Assembly (NCBI RefSeq): GCF_001194135.2
Contig: NC_068981.1
Span: 177,250,122-177,314,121 of the forward strand
Length of the DNA stretch: 64,000 bases
Direction: 5' to 3'
DNA from: Octopus bimaculoides
Taxonomy: Eukaryota
Shown here: positions 24,871-39,062 of the stretch, piece after piece
Numbering within the stretch: the first letter of the stretch is position 1
Layout: every line of letters starts with the position of its first letter
Position numbers and translations under genes: made by a program
The notes under the pieces: model-generated
Told to the model about the DNA's origin: nothing
What the model saw: only the letters and a program-made list of their open reading frames with translations
The model's database searches: none

Positions 24871-26367
24871 AGATATATAAACAATTCAATTATCAAAGAA
24901 TTTGTTCTTAAAACAATTGTCTAACTATTAAATGAGAACATGTGAAGGAGTTCTTTTTGCTGCTTGTTTAATGGAAAAGTAAGAGGGTTTATACTTTTTT
25001 TTTGAGACTGAATGAGTGAATTTATGTGTCTTCATATACAGGACCAATGTAGAAGACACAAGTTTTCTGATGCCAGATAGGGAATTAAGAAAATAATTTC
25101 AAGTGAAAATTTAAATTTAACACCACAACTACTTCAAAGTGGTGATGTAAATAATTTACTGGTAAGGTATTGAGTGTACAAACACTGTAGAGTATCAAAC
25201 ATGTAAAATGGGAAATGGAAAACAATCCGTAGTTGATGCTTAAAAATCTAAAAACAAGCGAGATAACTCTAATGAAATCAGTTCAGTTTATCAAATTTTC
25301 TTGACAATAGAGATAATGTAGGTTGGCATGGGTTTTGCCTCAAAAGTCAAATGGTGAAAGCAGTCAGTACATTTTGATCCTATTGGATTTCTTTGCCAAA
25401 ACAAGATCTTTTCAATTAGCAAGACACACACATATCATCTTCATCTTTCGCAGCCAATAACTACCAGTTAAGCACTGGAGTTGATGTAATCAAGTAGTCC
25501 TCACTCCCAAAATTTCAGGGCTTGTGCCTAAATCATTATCATTATTATCATCATTATTATTATCAGGGGTATGTAGTAATGCTGATTGTGAATATTAACA
25601 GTACGTCTTAGGGAAAATACCTAGGGGAAGCATTCTGCATGCTAAAATACAAAGACAGTAAGGTTACATATGTAATGTGATTTGAACATTTTCAATCCAT
25701 TGGGAATATTTATGCAATTTGTAAACAAAAACTCATTGCTAGGTAGTTTAAAATTTAAAATTATGCAAGGAAGATAACTCCAATATGGTCAGCTAGTGAC
25801 TATGGTAGGAATAAATATTTCAGCAGTTCCGCTATTATATCCGTATACAGACACGAACGAAAATGGGAGCTCTTATGTAGTCGCTTTACCTGCAAGAAAT
25901 AGCAATCAAATTTCTCTCAAATGGCAATACTGTCTTACAATATCAACCTACTGATATTTATTGGATACGCCCAACAGAGAGTGAGGGAGAGAGAGAGAGA
26001 GAGAGAGAGAAGCGGGTAGTCAGGTTCTGATTATATTTATACGACCATTACGGAACTGAGGCTGAACAACAACATAAACATGTGTTGTAAAACAACAACA
26101 ACACACACGCACACACATATTGGTGATTCAACCGAATAAAGTAGCGTATGTATTGATTATCTTTAGTATGATAATGTGTTGTGAACGCACGAACACACAC
26201 ACTCACACACGTAAACACAATCGATAAACAACATCGTGTAGCATTGGTGCGATAGATACTTTCAAAACATTCATGAAGCCAACTTTATCACAGAACGTCT
26301 CTTTTTTTTTTTTTAGCATTTCACGTCAATGTTAAAGATGATGATAGTAAAAGGATGGAAGGCAATC

Positions 26368-26389
26368 GGGGTAGGGGTAGGGGTAGGGG
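26368..26389 (+). other. Canonical G-quadruplex motif (GGGGTA)4
   Basis: Four G4 tracts with 2-nt loops. Confidence 0.7.
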
Positions 26390-27819
26390 TAGGTAAGATC
26401 ATAGAAGGGGGAAAAAAATAATAATGACTGGCTTTTGTCTAGAATTAGGAATCGGAGATGTAAGAGTGAGTCGTATCAGTATTATAGTAGTAGGTGAGGG
26501 GGCGATTGTGACAGAAAATAGAATAAGGTCTTGCTCGCAATGGCAACGTGCTGATCGACGACGGCTGTAGTAACAGCAGTAGTAGTAGTAGTAGTAGCAG
26601 TAGCAGCAGCAGCGGCGGCGGCTATAGTCATTGCTACTGCAGGTGCTTTACAAGCTACTGTTTGTTTTGTTTGTGTTGCCTCCCCTCCTCCTTGCTACTA
26701 TGACTACCGAAGCTACTACTTCTACAGCAAAACAGCAGATTTCGAGCAAACTAATGTTGTTCGGCACAAAAGTAATATAAATAAACAAATTCTATGCTTG
26801 TGAGTAAAGAGAGAAGACTAACATTTTGAGCGTGTTTCCGACCAAAGATTTTTTTTAATTCCCCCACCCGCCACCCCAGAGATTATAGAAATCTCCGCCA
26901 ACCACCTCAAGAACTCAGAAACATGAGAGAGGGAGAGAGAGGGAAAAGGGGGGGGGGCGCGGGCGATGGCGAAGAAAAAAAGACTCACGGACAGAAAAGG
27001 TCTGAAAAATTTATATTGGATGTACGAATGGATGTTTTACGTAAAGAAGACGGGGAAAAAAAAAGACAAAAAGAATATCGTTGTAAATCAGATTAGGAAA
27101 ATTAAATCAATGGACTGTAATGTATAGATAGAATGTTGTTTTAAGTATACAGACAAGTTACTAATGTATCTAATTAGTAATATAAAATACACATAACTGG
27201 CGACTTATCGATCGAGTGCACATTGAAAATTAAAATAGGAATAGAGATCAAGGTGACGGACTTTGCTACCTGTTTAATGGTCTTAGCTGAACACAGCAAA
27301 GCTCCCACAAATTTAAACATTATATATACAATGCCTACCAACCATTAAACGTAATTGGTGCGATCGCGCGCGCGCGCATTTATATTACACACCACAGGCA
27401 CCAGTGTAATGTATGTATTAATGCCATAAGCCTTCGTTTATTTTAAGATAGCGAGACATAATAAACAGAGAAGTAATTAGACAAAAGATAACCCACAATT
27501 CTTTTGACATTTGTCTTTTTCCCATTTGATTACGAATAGAACTACCACCCTTTCGTCATGCACACCCTGGTATTCTTTTTTAGAGTTTTATCAGAAGAAA
27601 AGAACTAATTAAATTAGAAAATCAAAATGGACGAAAGATAAGCAAGATCCCATCAAAGTATTATAGTATAAACACTACTTTGTAGCCTGATTGTGTATAG
27701 ACTCTCATGTGTATGTATTTTCAGGCGGATGTTGTGTTGCCTCAGTTACAAACGAATACTGTTTCTCCTCCCTTCTTAAATAAATATCACTTACATCTTC
27801 GCAATTTAGGGCTCATTTT

Positions 27820-27863
<44 letters not shown>

Positions 27864-28611
27864 ACATTCCAAATAATATGAAACGTCCACGAGAGTTACT
27901 AAGAGAGTCAAGTGAAAAGAAGTGTTCGCTGTTTATAATAAATACATATCAAATGTACGTGAATTAGGACGAGTGACAGCGCGCGCGTGTGTGAACTGGA
28001 TCATATGTATACAAAAATCTCTATACGATCAGCAAACGAACGTGTACACGCTTGTCTGTGTTAAATATATGTGTACAAATTTATCAGTGTATGTGTCAGC
28101 TTTAGAAGGAAATTATAAAGGAAAGATGAAATTGCTGTGACCTATATTTAAACGGGAGGATTTTAATAACTACATTATATGACCTTGCAAAAATCTATAT
28201 TTATACTTGTGCTAAAACAACACTATACCGAGTCAATATTCCATTGCATACATTTGTAACAATAAAATCTTAATATAGGTCTCGAAGGGAATATGATTTT
28301 ATGATGTTCATGTCTCTCCTAGGGCCCGTATAATGTAGACGGCAGCTAATGGTAGGATCTAAGAATAAGGATTAAATAAATAATCAGTGTCGTCAGAAAG
28401 GGCACATAGATTTCGGTAAGACATACTTGCTACATATGCTGCACAAATGTATGCACCACCTGTATGTTTTCGATCATATGGATATAAATGTATTACCTGT
28501 CTAACATACATACATATATACATACATACAGGCAGACAGACACACGCACATAATTATATACATTAAAACGATAGATAAATAAAAGCAGACACGTTAAACT
28601 CCAACACTCAC

Positions 28612-28873
28612 GATTGCTCTCGTTCCAAAGATTATACACAAACTGATTAAGCTGATAAGGTGCAGTAGAGCAAAAGGGCAGGTGTTTTGTAGTTCGTTGT
28701 GTCTGTATTCAAATATATGGACAGTCGATGATCGTAATGTAGTACTGTAGACATGGAAACAGGACCTTTGCATACTTTATCGTATTCTATAAACACACGT
28801 ATGCAATGACGAAAGAAAGGAGGAGGTTGTTGCAGTAGTATCCTACAGTTAGCCTGTTTCAAAACCCATACGC
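28612..28873 (-). other. Putative untranslated (5' UTR) internal exon of the minus-strand gene
   Basis: Acceptor gtgtttgtgtttcctAG| at 28875-28874, donor ATC|GTGAGT at 28612/28611. Only short uORFs inside (e.g. MGFETG*). Confidence 0.5.
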
Positions 28874-28891
28874 CTAGGAAACACAAACACG

Positions 28892-28926
<35 letters not shown>

Positions 28927-29249
28927 TGTATGTATGTGTGTATATATGCATGTGTGTGTGTATGTAATGAAGCTGGATCCTATAGTTTAACAAAACGAAG
29001 GGTAGAAGAATCTGGGAAACATATATGGAAATTTTAAAAATTAATAATACTGATACACAAAAGGCGTGGTTGCGTGGCTGGAAGATTAGAAACAAACAGA
29101 AAAAAAAAACGACGAAATAATAAGACTAAGATTGAGATTTTGTATATACACACCATGTAAAATTTAAAATAAAACAGACAAAATAAACCAGCACCTCGCA
29201 CCCACAACAAAGTTGTCTGCAATAGCTTAATGTTCCAAAATGAGTTTAC

Positions 29250-29840
29250 CTTTTTTTAACACACATGCATAGATGTGTGTGTGCATATATATGTATAGAG
29301 AGAGAGAAAGAGAGAGTCGATGATAAGATCAGGAAAAGTGAAACACAATTTTGTTTGTTTGCTTTTGTTTTTATCCTCTCTCCAGAAAAGAAAGACTCCT
29401 TCACCCTGAGAGCTTGACCATTTTTCCAACTCCATACAAGTACGACAGAGGGAGGGAGGGAGAGGGAGAGAAAGAGAAAGAAAGAAAGAGAGAGAGAGAG
29501 AGAAACAGACAGAGATACATACAGGGAAAGAAAGAAAGAGAAATTGAAAGAGAAAGAGAGAGGGGGAAAAACGAAGAGTGAGTGAAACAAATAAAGTATG
29601 AGAGAGAAAGAGAGAGAGAGACTGAGAAGGGTGAAGTGGAGATGGAGTGGCGAGGAAGGGCGATAGGTGGAGTAGGAAACAGATGTGAGGGAAGAAAAGT
29701 AGACAAGATGATGGAGACTAGATGGGGGTGGGGGGTTTGAAAGGGGGAAATGGAGGAGAAGGAGGAGGAGTCCGGATAAGGGAGTGAGGGAAGAGTATGA
29801 CTTACTATTGAAGTGGAGCAGCGGAGAAAAACCCCCAGAC
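29250..29840 (-). other. Putative first (non-coding) exon, CT-rich leader
   Basis: Long pyrimidine-rich tract on the minus strand ending at donor AAAAAG|GTAAAC (29250/29249), directly downstream of an E-box-containing CpG-richer segment. Confidence 0.45.
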
Positions 29841-29895
29841 ATGTCACGTGATTAGTGATGGTGTCAGTGTGTCATGGTGCGTACGTGAGCTGCGT
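29841..29895 (-). promoter_or_regulatory. Candidate core promoter with E-box (GTCACGTGAT, USF/MiT-TFE/SREBP type)
   Basis: GTCACGTGAT at 29843-29852 plus TACGTG at 29882-29887, at the edge of the putative first exon. Confidence 0.4.
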
Positions 29896-29978
29896 ATGTA
29901 AATGTGCATGTTTGTATTAGCGTATGAGTGTATTACATATATGTATGTGTGTACATATTATACACACACACACATGTG

Positions 29979-30018
<40 letters not shown>

Positions 30019-32325
30019 AAGAGAGAGAGGTGTATATATTTATAATATACAGAAATATATATTTATATACACACATAGACGTGTGTGTGATTGTGTATGT
30101 ATGTATGCATGCATGTGTGTGTGTGTGTGTGTGAAAACTAACTCGCTTCCAAAGAGCAAAACTCTTGGGAAACAACGTAAAAATTAATAATAATAACCCG
30201 TATATTGCTACGATTTTCGCAGATTGCGCTCAAACTCACATAAATCACATAATATAATATAATATGTACGAACAAACATATATTGTATCTATTAATTCTG
30301 GCGTGTGTACGTGTGGATGCATATATATACAAAATACAATTCGAAGTTTCACAATCATAGCCTTTAATCACTTACTCATTCTCTCTGCCTCTCTCCCTTT
30401 CTTCCTCTCTCTCTCTCTCTCTCTCTCGCTTTGTACACCTCCGACACAAGCACGCACGCAGGCACACACACACACAAAGACTATTCCAGCCAGTAATTAA
30501 GATATTCGCGGTTGCCTGGATAGTCTTCTGTTCAAATTATGTTACTTGTATAACTATTAACTATTAAAGACTTCTTAAGGCGCGCACGCGCACACACACA
30601 TGAGTCATTTAAAACATTAACTTTAAACGCTGTGTATCACATATACACACTCGTATAATATACATCGTTTTAAGTGACTCATTCGTGTAAAACCAATAAG
30701 CCCCATAAAAGATTTTTTTTAAATCTGTTTTTGCAGGTGTATTATCACTTCGCGTCGACTTGTGGTGCAATCTTATCGTCGAAAGTTGTGATAGTAATTT
30801 CAGTTTCGACTATTGTATCACTAAAACATTGAAGTCCGAAATATTACACACACACGCAAGCACGCACACACATACATACATACATATCAGTAAGTATATG
30901 TTGGAACTGGTGTGATGCTTTTACAGGATATTTCATGCCGTATAATTGTCAATTGTTTCGCTGTATTATTATATGGTGTCGGATCATAGACATTACAGCA
31001 AAGCGATTTGGATGTGTTGAAAGTCTTTCGAACGGGATGCTTTGCCGAATCTTCGGGCTATTATAGATTATCCATCTGAGAAAGAAAAAAAAAATCACAT
31101 TTAATATTCCTACTTTTACCAATCGACTGTTCCTGAATTCAGTAACAGCGGTTACGCTGATATGAATATGTCAATCAGATTATGCAGGTTTGCTATACAG
31201 GCGGCGAATTGGTAGAATCGTTAGAGCGTCGCGGGGAGATGCTTTGCAATATTTGCGTTGGCTCTTTACGTTCTTAGTTCAAATCTTGCCATGGCCTACA
31301 TGTGTGGTAGACATAATTCGCTGCTCGGTTAAAAACCACCACTTGGCCCTTGAATATCCATCCTCTCTATCGCAAACGTTCGGGTAAAGTCAACAATTTC
31401 AGGAGACCTCTTTGCTTCCCGCCTTGCCTCTCACTAGTCTCACAGGCGGTGTCAAAAAAAAATTACAAACTCCTCAAATGTTTCCACAATGCACAAAAGA
31501 GCGCTGAAAAATACCTGGCTGAAAATTATTTTAAAACGAAATAACACCAGAAACGAAAGGAAATTGTGCATAGGCAACGAGTACCAAAGGTAGGGTGGTG
31601 GATCAGGATGAACATCCTATGATAACTCTCAGCGTAAATAATTTATTATATGTAGATCTTGTTGGGTGCCTCTCGAATTGAAATCCTTCAAATTCACCTT
31701 TCCTGCACGTGAAAGCAAGTGTCTATAAAATAAATTTCTGACGTGTTGACCCAGATCTATAAGGATACAGAAATGAAACTGTATCTGGGAAATTGTTATA
31801 AATAAAATAATTTCTTTTAAGTTCCGAGGTGTTTTGGATCTCAGCCACTTTCCGATCACATGGCGGGAAGTAACTGAGATATAAATATTCTCTTAGGTAG
31901 TACCTCAGCCTGCCACAAGAATCATTCCCAGAGGATTTGATATTTCATTTTTGATAGCCAAGACACCTTAAGAATGAGAGATTTTCATGTTGTTGCGTGG
32001 CTCAGCATGAAAACCTGAGTTTTGAACCCTAGCTCTCAGGTTTTCTCGTCTCAGAATCACGACCTACTGTATCAGCATAAAAGGAAAAGTGTCGCCACAA
32101 AAGGCATTAACGCCTACGTCACTATAGTTCGATCAACCAGCGCTGGCCAACTTACTATGGTTGATGCGGAGAAGCTCAAAGAAAGTGTGCGAGTTTTCCC
32201 AGCGAACAGTTTTGCCGAAGGTTCTGGGAAATGTGGCTTTTGGTCATACAAAACTGGCAAATTCAAATTCATATTAGAGTCACTCAGCGGTCTAGACGAA
32301 TCTGTGTAACTTTTCTCAACGAGTT

Positions 32326-32401
<76 letters not shown>

Positions 32402-32526
32402 TCACTCACTCACCCACTTTTTCGTATTTAACAAGCTTATGTTGTATTCGACAAAGGGCACCAATTTAAAGTTGGTGTCGAATAATGCACTTTCGTTATA
32501 TTTTTTTATGCACCCTTTCAAAGTCT

Positions 32527-32808
32527 AGTCAGGCTCATGGGCCCGGTTTCCCGGCTTCCATGGCGTATGTGTCCCCCCACCAGCTGGACGGGACGCCAGT
32601 CCACTGCAGCGTTACTCAAGAAACAGGAAGAAAGAGTGAGAGAAAGTTGGGGCGAAAGAGTACAACAGCGGTCGCCACCACCCCCCCTGCCGGAGCCGCG
32701 TCGAGCTTTTTAAGTGTTTTCGCTCAATAAACACACATAACGCCCGGTCTGGGAATCGAAACCGCGATCCTCCGACTGCCTTAACCACTGGGCCATTGCG
32801 CCTCCACA
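32527..32808 (-). mobile_element. SINE family B-related variant
   Basis: tRNA-like head (reverse complement GGAGGCGCAATGGCCCAGTGGTTAAGG); tail shared with 61407-61634; ~90-bp extra internal segment. Confidence 0.8.
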
Positions 32809-35329
32809 CTTTCATTATATACAGTGATTTAAATAACTTCTACTCTATTTCGTCTTCGATGATTATGTCCTATTTTCATAATATTATTTAGCATGTTGAA
32901 ATACAGAAGACTACCAGCTGATATGTTCGCTATTTCATGAAGGTTGTTCTATTAATTTATTTGAATGTATAAATGTAAATATAAACGATATAAGCTATTT
33001 GAAAACTCAAATATATATTAGTATGGTCATTCTTAACTTCACACGCAACCTAACAAATATTGTGAACCACCAATGAAAACTATATGACTAATCACCACAC
33101 TAAAATGCCAACAGCGTATTTGAACTTAAGCAGTCGAACATCATATCCAGCCGGCAGTCGGACATCTCACTTTTATATGTGACTATATTCTCGAATGGAA
33201 ACTAGATTGTGAACTTAGCTTCTCCCCACTTGCTCTGCTCTGGTATTCTGCTCTTGTGTCTAGACAAAAATGAAATCTTCGCTGTGCCGGGATAGCTCAA
33301 ATAAGGATCAGATACGAAAGGCAAGTGAAATATAATTATTATATGCTGAAGAATTGGCAAGGAAGCATAACCAAAAGGGAAAGTACTTTGAGAAAATAGA
33401 AACACCTGCACCGTATGTTTGGTGTTAGACAGATTAACAACAAGAGCCTGCTAATTGTAGTTGCCAAATCACCAAAAATACAAGTCTCTCAATATACAAC
33501 ATTGCTGTAACTGAGCAACAGAAACTAGAGAAGCTATATAGCAATATTTCTATAGAAAGCAAGTATCTGAGAGCAAAAGATAAGGTCTCGACAATCCAAG
33601 ACCGCGAAATAGTTTCAATCTCTAGTTAAAGTCATCTCACTTTTGTCGTTAATGCATTTGGGAAAATCATGGACACCACATTACACTAGTGACTAGTGTA
33701 AAAGAGACCAATATATTCAAACTACTTTAGATCTAATGCTAAAGCTCAAGTTTATCGTGCCGTCAATAATAAAGTGTGTCAGTCGGAAAATAACGGACGA
33801 AGTTAAATATACTAAACAAAGTACATCAAGAGAAGAGTACGTTCGCACAGACCAACTTACGCTCATCTCACTACAATTTGGACAGCGTATGCACAAATTA
33901 CCACCCTAAATATTTTAAGCATCCTAGTTTCTTTTCACTCCCGACCTCACAATATATATACGTATGGTTTTGGAAGAAACGATACAAAGAATTTAGCAAA
34001 ACTTCGCATGATAGGTAATTTGCATTAAGTCACGTCGCTTCAGTGAAGGATGAACTCGAGTAGGGCAACGGCCAAGCTGAATCCAGACTGATCTAAGTAC
34101 GAAGGTATAGGCGCGCGCACAAACACAGGGATGCACACACACACACACTTCTAAGTATACTGATAGTACATACGTACTTAATTTCGTTTTTCTTTACAAG
34201 TGTCTGGAACAGCATTACCTCATATTTCATATATANNNNNNNNNNNNNNNNNNNNNNNNNNNNNNNNNNNNNNNNNNNNNNNNNNNNNNNNNNNNNNNNN
34301 NNNNNNNNNNNNNNNNNNNNNNNNNNNNNNNNNNNNNNNNNNNNNNNNNNNNNNNNNNNNNNNNNNNNNNNNNNNNNNNNNNNNNNNNNNNNNNNNNNNN
34401 NNNNNNNNNNNNNNNNNNNNNNNNNNNNNNNNNNNNNNNNNNNNNNNNNNNNNNNNNNNNNNNNNNNNNNNNNNNNNNNNNNNNNNNNNNNNNNNNNNNN
34501 NNNNNNNNNNNNNNNNNNNTATATATATATATATATATATATATATGCTGGTTCTTTAAAACGCCTACAATGAGTGATTTTAACGCATAATTCACAGGTC
34601 AGTGGAGGTGAGCTGTTTGATATCATTAACACATACACCTTGAACATTCTTTGGCTTCATGATAATTTATATAGGAAGATTTAGATAATTTTCATTTGTA
34701 CTTAGAGCAATACAAAGAGTTTCACCAGTATATAACACACATTGTATAAATACAATACATATTTCACACTGAGAAAATAAGATATTATCACACTCTTTTC
34801 AGCATATACAAGCATTGAATATACATAAATTTTTGACTGAACAAACACCAAAATATAAGAACATAAAAAGATTCTTCAAGGAAAACTCTAGGCACAATAT
34901 CGAGAAAATTAAAACAAATTGATACATACATTTTGCATTTTAGAATACAGAGTTCCGAGATATGAGTGAAATTATCATACGTATCGAAATTAGTGAAAAT
35001 AACAAAATTCCTTGTTCATAGTTCATCATTTAAGAATATAGGAATATAGGAAGAATATATAATAAAAACGAAAGATTACTAACAGAAGGTACTTATTGTG
35101 TCTGCCAAAAGTTATAGCACATGTATTCACATTTCCAATTGTACTGCATGTAAAGAGGAAGACTACTCTTTACAGCATTTCAGAATCTATTGTATAATTT
35201 GCTTTCTTACATGACAGCACGAAATTATAACAAATATATGTTTAAGTTTCAAGACTTGAGGATAGCCTTAAACATCTGAATATCGCTAGACATTACACAG
35301 CCGTGTGCATAAATGAATACAATCTCAAT

Positions 35330-38100
35330 ATTTCTAATATTTCTGGAAGATAGAAATTCGTGATATTTTCTTCCTTTTTGCGACACGGTGATATATTTGA
35401 ATGAACATGTGATCGCGAGATTCTATAAAAGCCTGAAATATATAGAAGAACAGACCAAAATATACTAAGAATGTTGTTACAAGTTCACTCAATCTTGTAA
35501 ATATAGCAAGAATTGTAACACTTATACACGCTAAGGAAGATGAAATTTTAAAACAGCAAAAATTATGGCAGCAATTCAAACATGAACTTGCGCTTACAAA
35601 AATTATGAAAGCTCTATCATTCTTCCTCAGATTTTCACTAGATATCAAAAAAAAAAAAATGAAGCTCACAAAGAAAAACGTTCAAGTGCATGTACACTGT
35701 CAGGACTGGGATTTTATGGGTCAAAGAGCAAAATCTTTAAATTTCTTACTTTATATGAAGACACTCCTACATTGTTCTTTTTTATTTCCTTGGAAATAGA
35801 CATATGGAAATTTATAATACAGTGTTACTATCACTATAAATGGAACATTCTGGAAACAAACATTTAACATTTCTTAAGCTTACAAATCCTTTTTATAAAA
35901 ATTTCTTGTAAGGTTGACCTGAACGCTTGTTATGGTGGGTTATTTATCTTAGGATATCAAACGTACACAAAAATGTTACAGCTGAAACAAATAGTGGTCA
36001 TGAGACTTAACAATTATGATACATACCGAAGTGTAGATGTAATTGATGTTATAACTTCCTTAAAAGTTCTATTTGCACATTACTTTCTCTGCTTTCTTGT
36101 TTTACTGCTGTCCACTCAAATTTCCATATCTCAATGCATAGTGAAGGTGCGCAAAGTAGCAACAAGTTTTGATTTCACTCGGTTCTTGCAAAGTTTTAGG
36201 TCTTTGTACTCATTGCTTGGCATAATGTACTGCTGATGAGAAATGCAATACTCTTCGACATGTTGGCAAATGAAAATTCTTTCTAGAAAACTCTTGGCAA
36301 CATTTACAGAAAGATCAAAAGAGAAAAATAAATCAGATGGAACCATGAATGAACTAAAGTCATACTCGAGCATATTATAGTCCTTGTGGTGAATTAAAAC
36401 ATCCACTTCATCACTCATGGAGATCTGACGCTTTGAGCAATAAACACAAGTGTATTTTCTTCTGATAGTGTGAAAGACACATGTATGAATATACTTTCAG
36501 AACCTCTCTGTAATTGTATAGCAGACTTGGCAGGTAATTCGCTTTCTTTTCTTGGAAGTCAAAGTCTGCAATGTCATTACAAACTTGTCAGAGCCTGATG
36601 AACAATTAGGTTCAGTTGCAACTAAAAAGAATCTAGATTCCAATGCTGTTTAGTTATGTCAGCAACCATCCTTCCGCTGAATTCACGCGAACAATTTTTT
36701 TTACTACATCTTGGTTGACGTGATGTAAACTTTCCTGAAGTTCCACCTATAATTTGATAAACAAATTAAAGAGGCATTAGCCCTCTACGAAGAGGATCTT
36801 CTTGGTTCCAGATATCTTCAATTGACTAAGCACTAGCATACATGTCTACTAAAAAAATTCCAAATACTGAGAATAGTTTGATAGGGGATACTTAAGCTCC
36901 TTAGTATCCTTAAAAAATTCTGCGGTTAAAGACGTCTGCTTGTCTCAGCAAACTTTGCTGTGAATACAGATCTTCTATAAAGTCTTTCCAAAGCAGCATG
37001 TGTACAGCTCTGCTACCACATCGTGATCGACTACCTGTGCTGTTTTATTTATATTCATCTTGGAGAAGCTATTTAGTTCAAGATGTAATTGTGTTTTGGT
37101 AAGTTTATTTGCTTTTCTGATGGACAACAGCAAGTCATGTTTGTAGAATTGTCATATGAATGACCATTTCACGTGTTGTGAGCCATCTTGTGCCTGTTCT
37201 AAACACGTAATTTTCCTCATATTTTAAAGTGTGAGAGAATGTATCATGCAAAGATAAAACAGTTTTTCTATTCTTTTACCACCATCATTGTTGGAACAAT
37301 TCTGGATCACTGATTTTGTTCAAGCATTCCTTGAGGCGTTGGATGAGTTGCCTCCTAACTCAGTAAGTACCTAAATCATTCCTTCCATTTTTAAAATACA
37401 CTTCTCACAATGAGCACCGGCGCATGATTTACAGCGCGTCAGATTTTCCCAAGAAAATCAAAATCTTCGAAACCACCAGCAACATCTTCAGAGACATTAT
37501 ATGTAAACCAGCTTGAAGACTCATTTTATAGCAAGTAGCTATACATAATGTTCTTTTCTGTCATGGTAAATACTCTATCTCTTTGTGTATAAAGAATTTG
37601 CAGAGAGAATCCCAACCTAACGCCCCCGACGGCCTCACACAGAACGTAGCATAAAGATACTCTAGCAAAATTTATATACTCGTACTTTCGGACTGTGATT
37701 GTTTAGCGATAAACACAATTACCATGTCAGAGTAGAATCATTTCTCAATTGTGATGCAAAGAAAGAGCAAGGTCATTCGGAAACTTATTCGCTTCGTGAA
37801 TCAGTTCTTTCACAGTTTGTTGGCATTTTACTATTTGCTTCACATGATAAACTTCCTTCTTTATCCCGAAAGATCGAAACCGCTCTTTCTTAAGAACGTT
37901 CTCTTCTTTCCATCATGGTGTATTGTTAGAGCAGAATGACGCTGGACTGATATGCCATTCCTGTTTATACTGCTGCGCTGCTATTCTTGTTCGTGTTTGG
38001 TTTTAGAAAAGTTTCCGAATTCTGAAATGAAGCATTTTAACTGTAGTGGATTTTCAGATAGAATAGAATAACTACCAAAAACTTTTAGTTCGTCGAGCTA
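35330..38100 (-). mobile_element. P-element/THAP9-type transposase fossil (many stops and frameshifts)
   Basis: Manual translation gives the P-transposase motifs in order: FFASQLRN..W.LCLSL...SPK; KMSLQAGLH/YNVSEDV.GGFEDF; VKWSFI*QFYKHD; KLTKTQLH.ELNSFSKMNINKTAQV; TAEFF; VNQDVV; ALESRFFL...NC.SGSDKFV. No TIRs found, so boundaries are approximate. Confidence 0.72.
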
Positions 38101-38419
38101 AGAAAATTCTATGGTGTGACCTAATCATTAGCTTGAATGTTTGTACAAATAGTCAAGGAATTCCTTAATTTGGTCTCTCTGTTTTCACCAATGTACATAG
38201 AGTATTAATTATTGAAAGTTAATTATTTAATATGTACTTAATGCAATTCAAATTATACGCTAGAAATAACAGCCAAACTTTTCTCGGCTCTCACCCTACA
38301 AGCTTGGAAAATTTCATTATATATTCGGGTTATTAAAAAAACAAAAACAAGCAGCACTATGTGTCCTTGTAGTGTGTATTTATGTACCTACGTATATATG
38401 AATGTGTGTGGGAGAGTGC

Positions 38420-38660
38420 GTGCGTGGCCGCAAGGTTTAGTGGGAAGGGTATTGCACTCAAGATCGTAAGAGTGTAGTTTCGATTCCTGACGAGGCGGTG
38501 CGTTGTGTTCTAGAGCAAACATTGCATTTCACGCTGTTCGAGTTCACTCAGCTGGCAAAAATAATCTTGCGACAGATCCCGTTCAGGAGGTGGAGAATAT
38601 ATACGCCACAGAATCCGGGAAACCGGCTTTATGAGTATGTGGCTCGGGAAGGAACTTTCA
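38420..38660 (+). mobile_element. SINE family B variant (degenerate)
   Basis: Homologous to 20273-20510. Confidence 0.7.
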
Positions 38661-38664
38661 TCGT

Positions 38665-38696
<32 letters not shown>

Positions 38697-38715
38697 TGTA
38701 TGTATCTGTGTGTGT

Positions 38716-39035
38716 GAAGGCGCGTGGCTTGGTGGTTAGGGCATTCGGCTCACGATCGTAAGGTCGTGAGTTCAATTCTCGGCGACGTGTTGTGTCCTTG
38801 AGCAAGACACTTTATTTCACGTTGCTCCAGTCCACTCATCTGGCAAAAATGAGTAGTACCTGTATTTCAAAGGGCCGGCCTTGTCACACTCTGTGTCACG
38901 CTGAATCTCCCTGAGAGCTACGAGAAGGGTACACGTGTCTGTGGAGTGCTCAGCCACTTGCACGTTAATTTCACGAGCAGCCTGTTCTGTTGATCGCATC
39001 AGCTGGGACCCTCGTCGTCGTAACCGACGGAGTGC
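38716..39035 (+). mobile_element. Octopus tRNA-derived SINE family B, full length
   Basis: GAAGGCGCGTGGCTT.GTGGTTAGG head, B-box GAGTTCAATTC, GTGTCCTTGAGCAAGACACTT core, tail ...CGTAACCGACGGAGTGC. Confidence 0.9.
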
Positions 39036-39062
39036 TTCTTTTTTTTTATCGATATGTGTGTA

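Noticed and set aside
33681-33701. 21-bp palindrome TTACACTAGT-G-ACTAGTGTAA (and a small hairpin at 43984-44024)
   Set aside because: Real but isolated; short palindromes arise readily in AT-rich DNA and there is no supporting context
35334-35669. Hydrophobic 111-aa ORF as a GPCR or chemoreceptor fragment
   Set aside because: No receptor motifs or splice sites; collinear with the decayed P-element on the same strand
36380-36520. GS...DEVDVL resembling a cGAS/Mab-21 nucleotidyltransferase motif
   Set aside because: GS and DEVD are in different frames, and the region falls within the P-transposase relic
38716-38790. tRNA genes at SINE heads (also 11941 and 61560-61634)
   Set aside because: A/B boxes are present but there is no complete cloverleaf, and each continues into a SINE body
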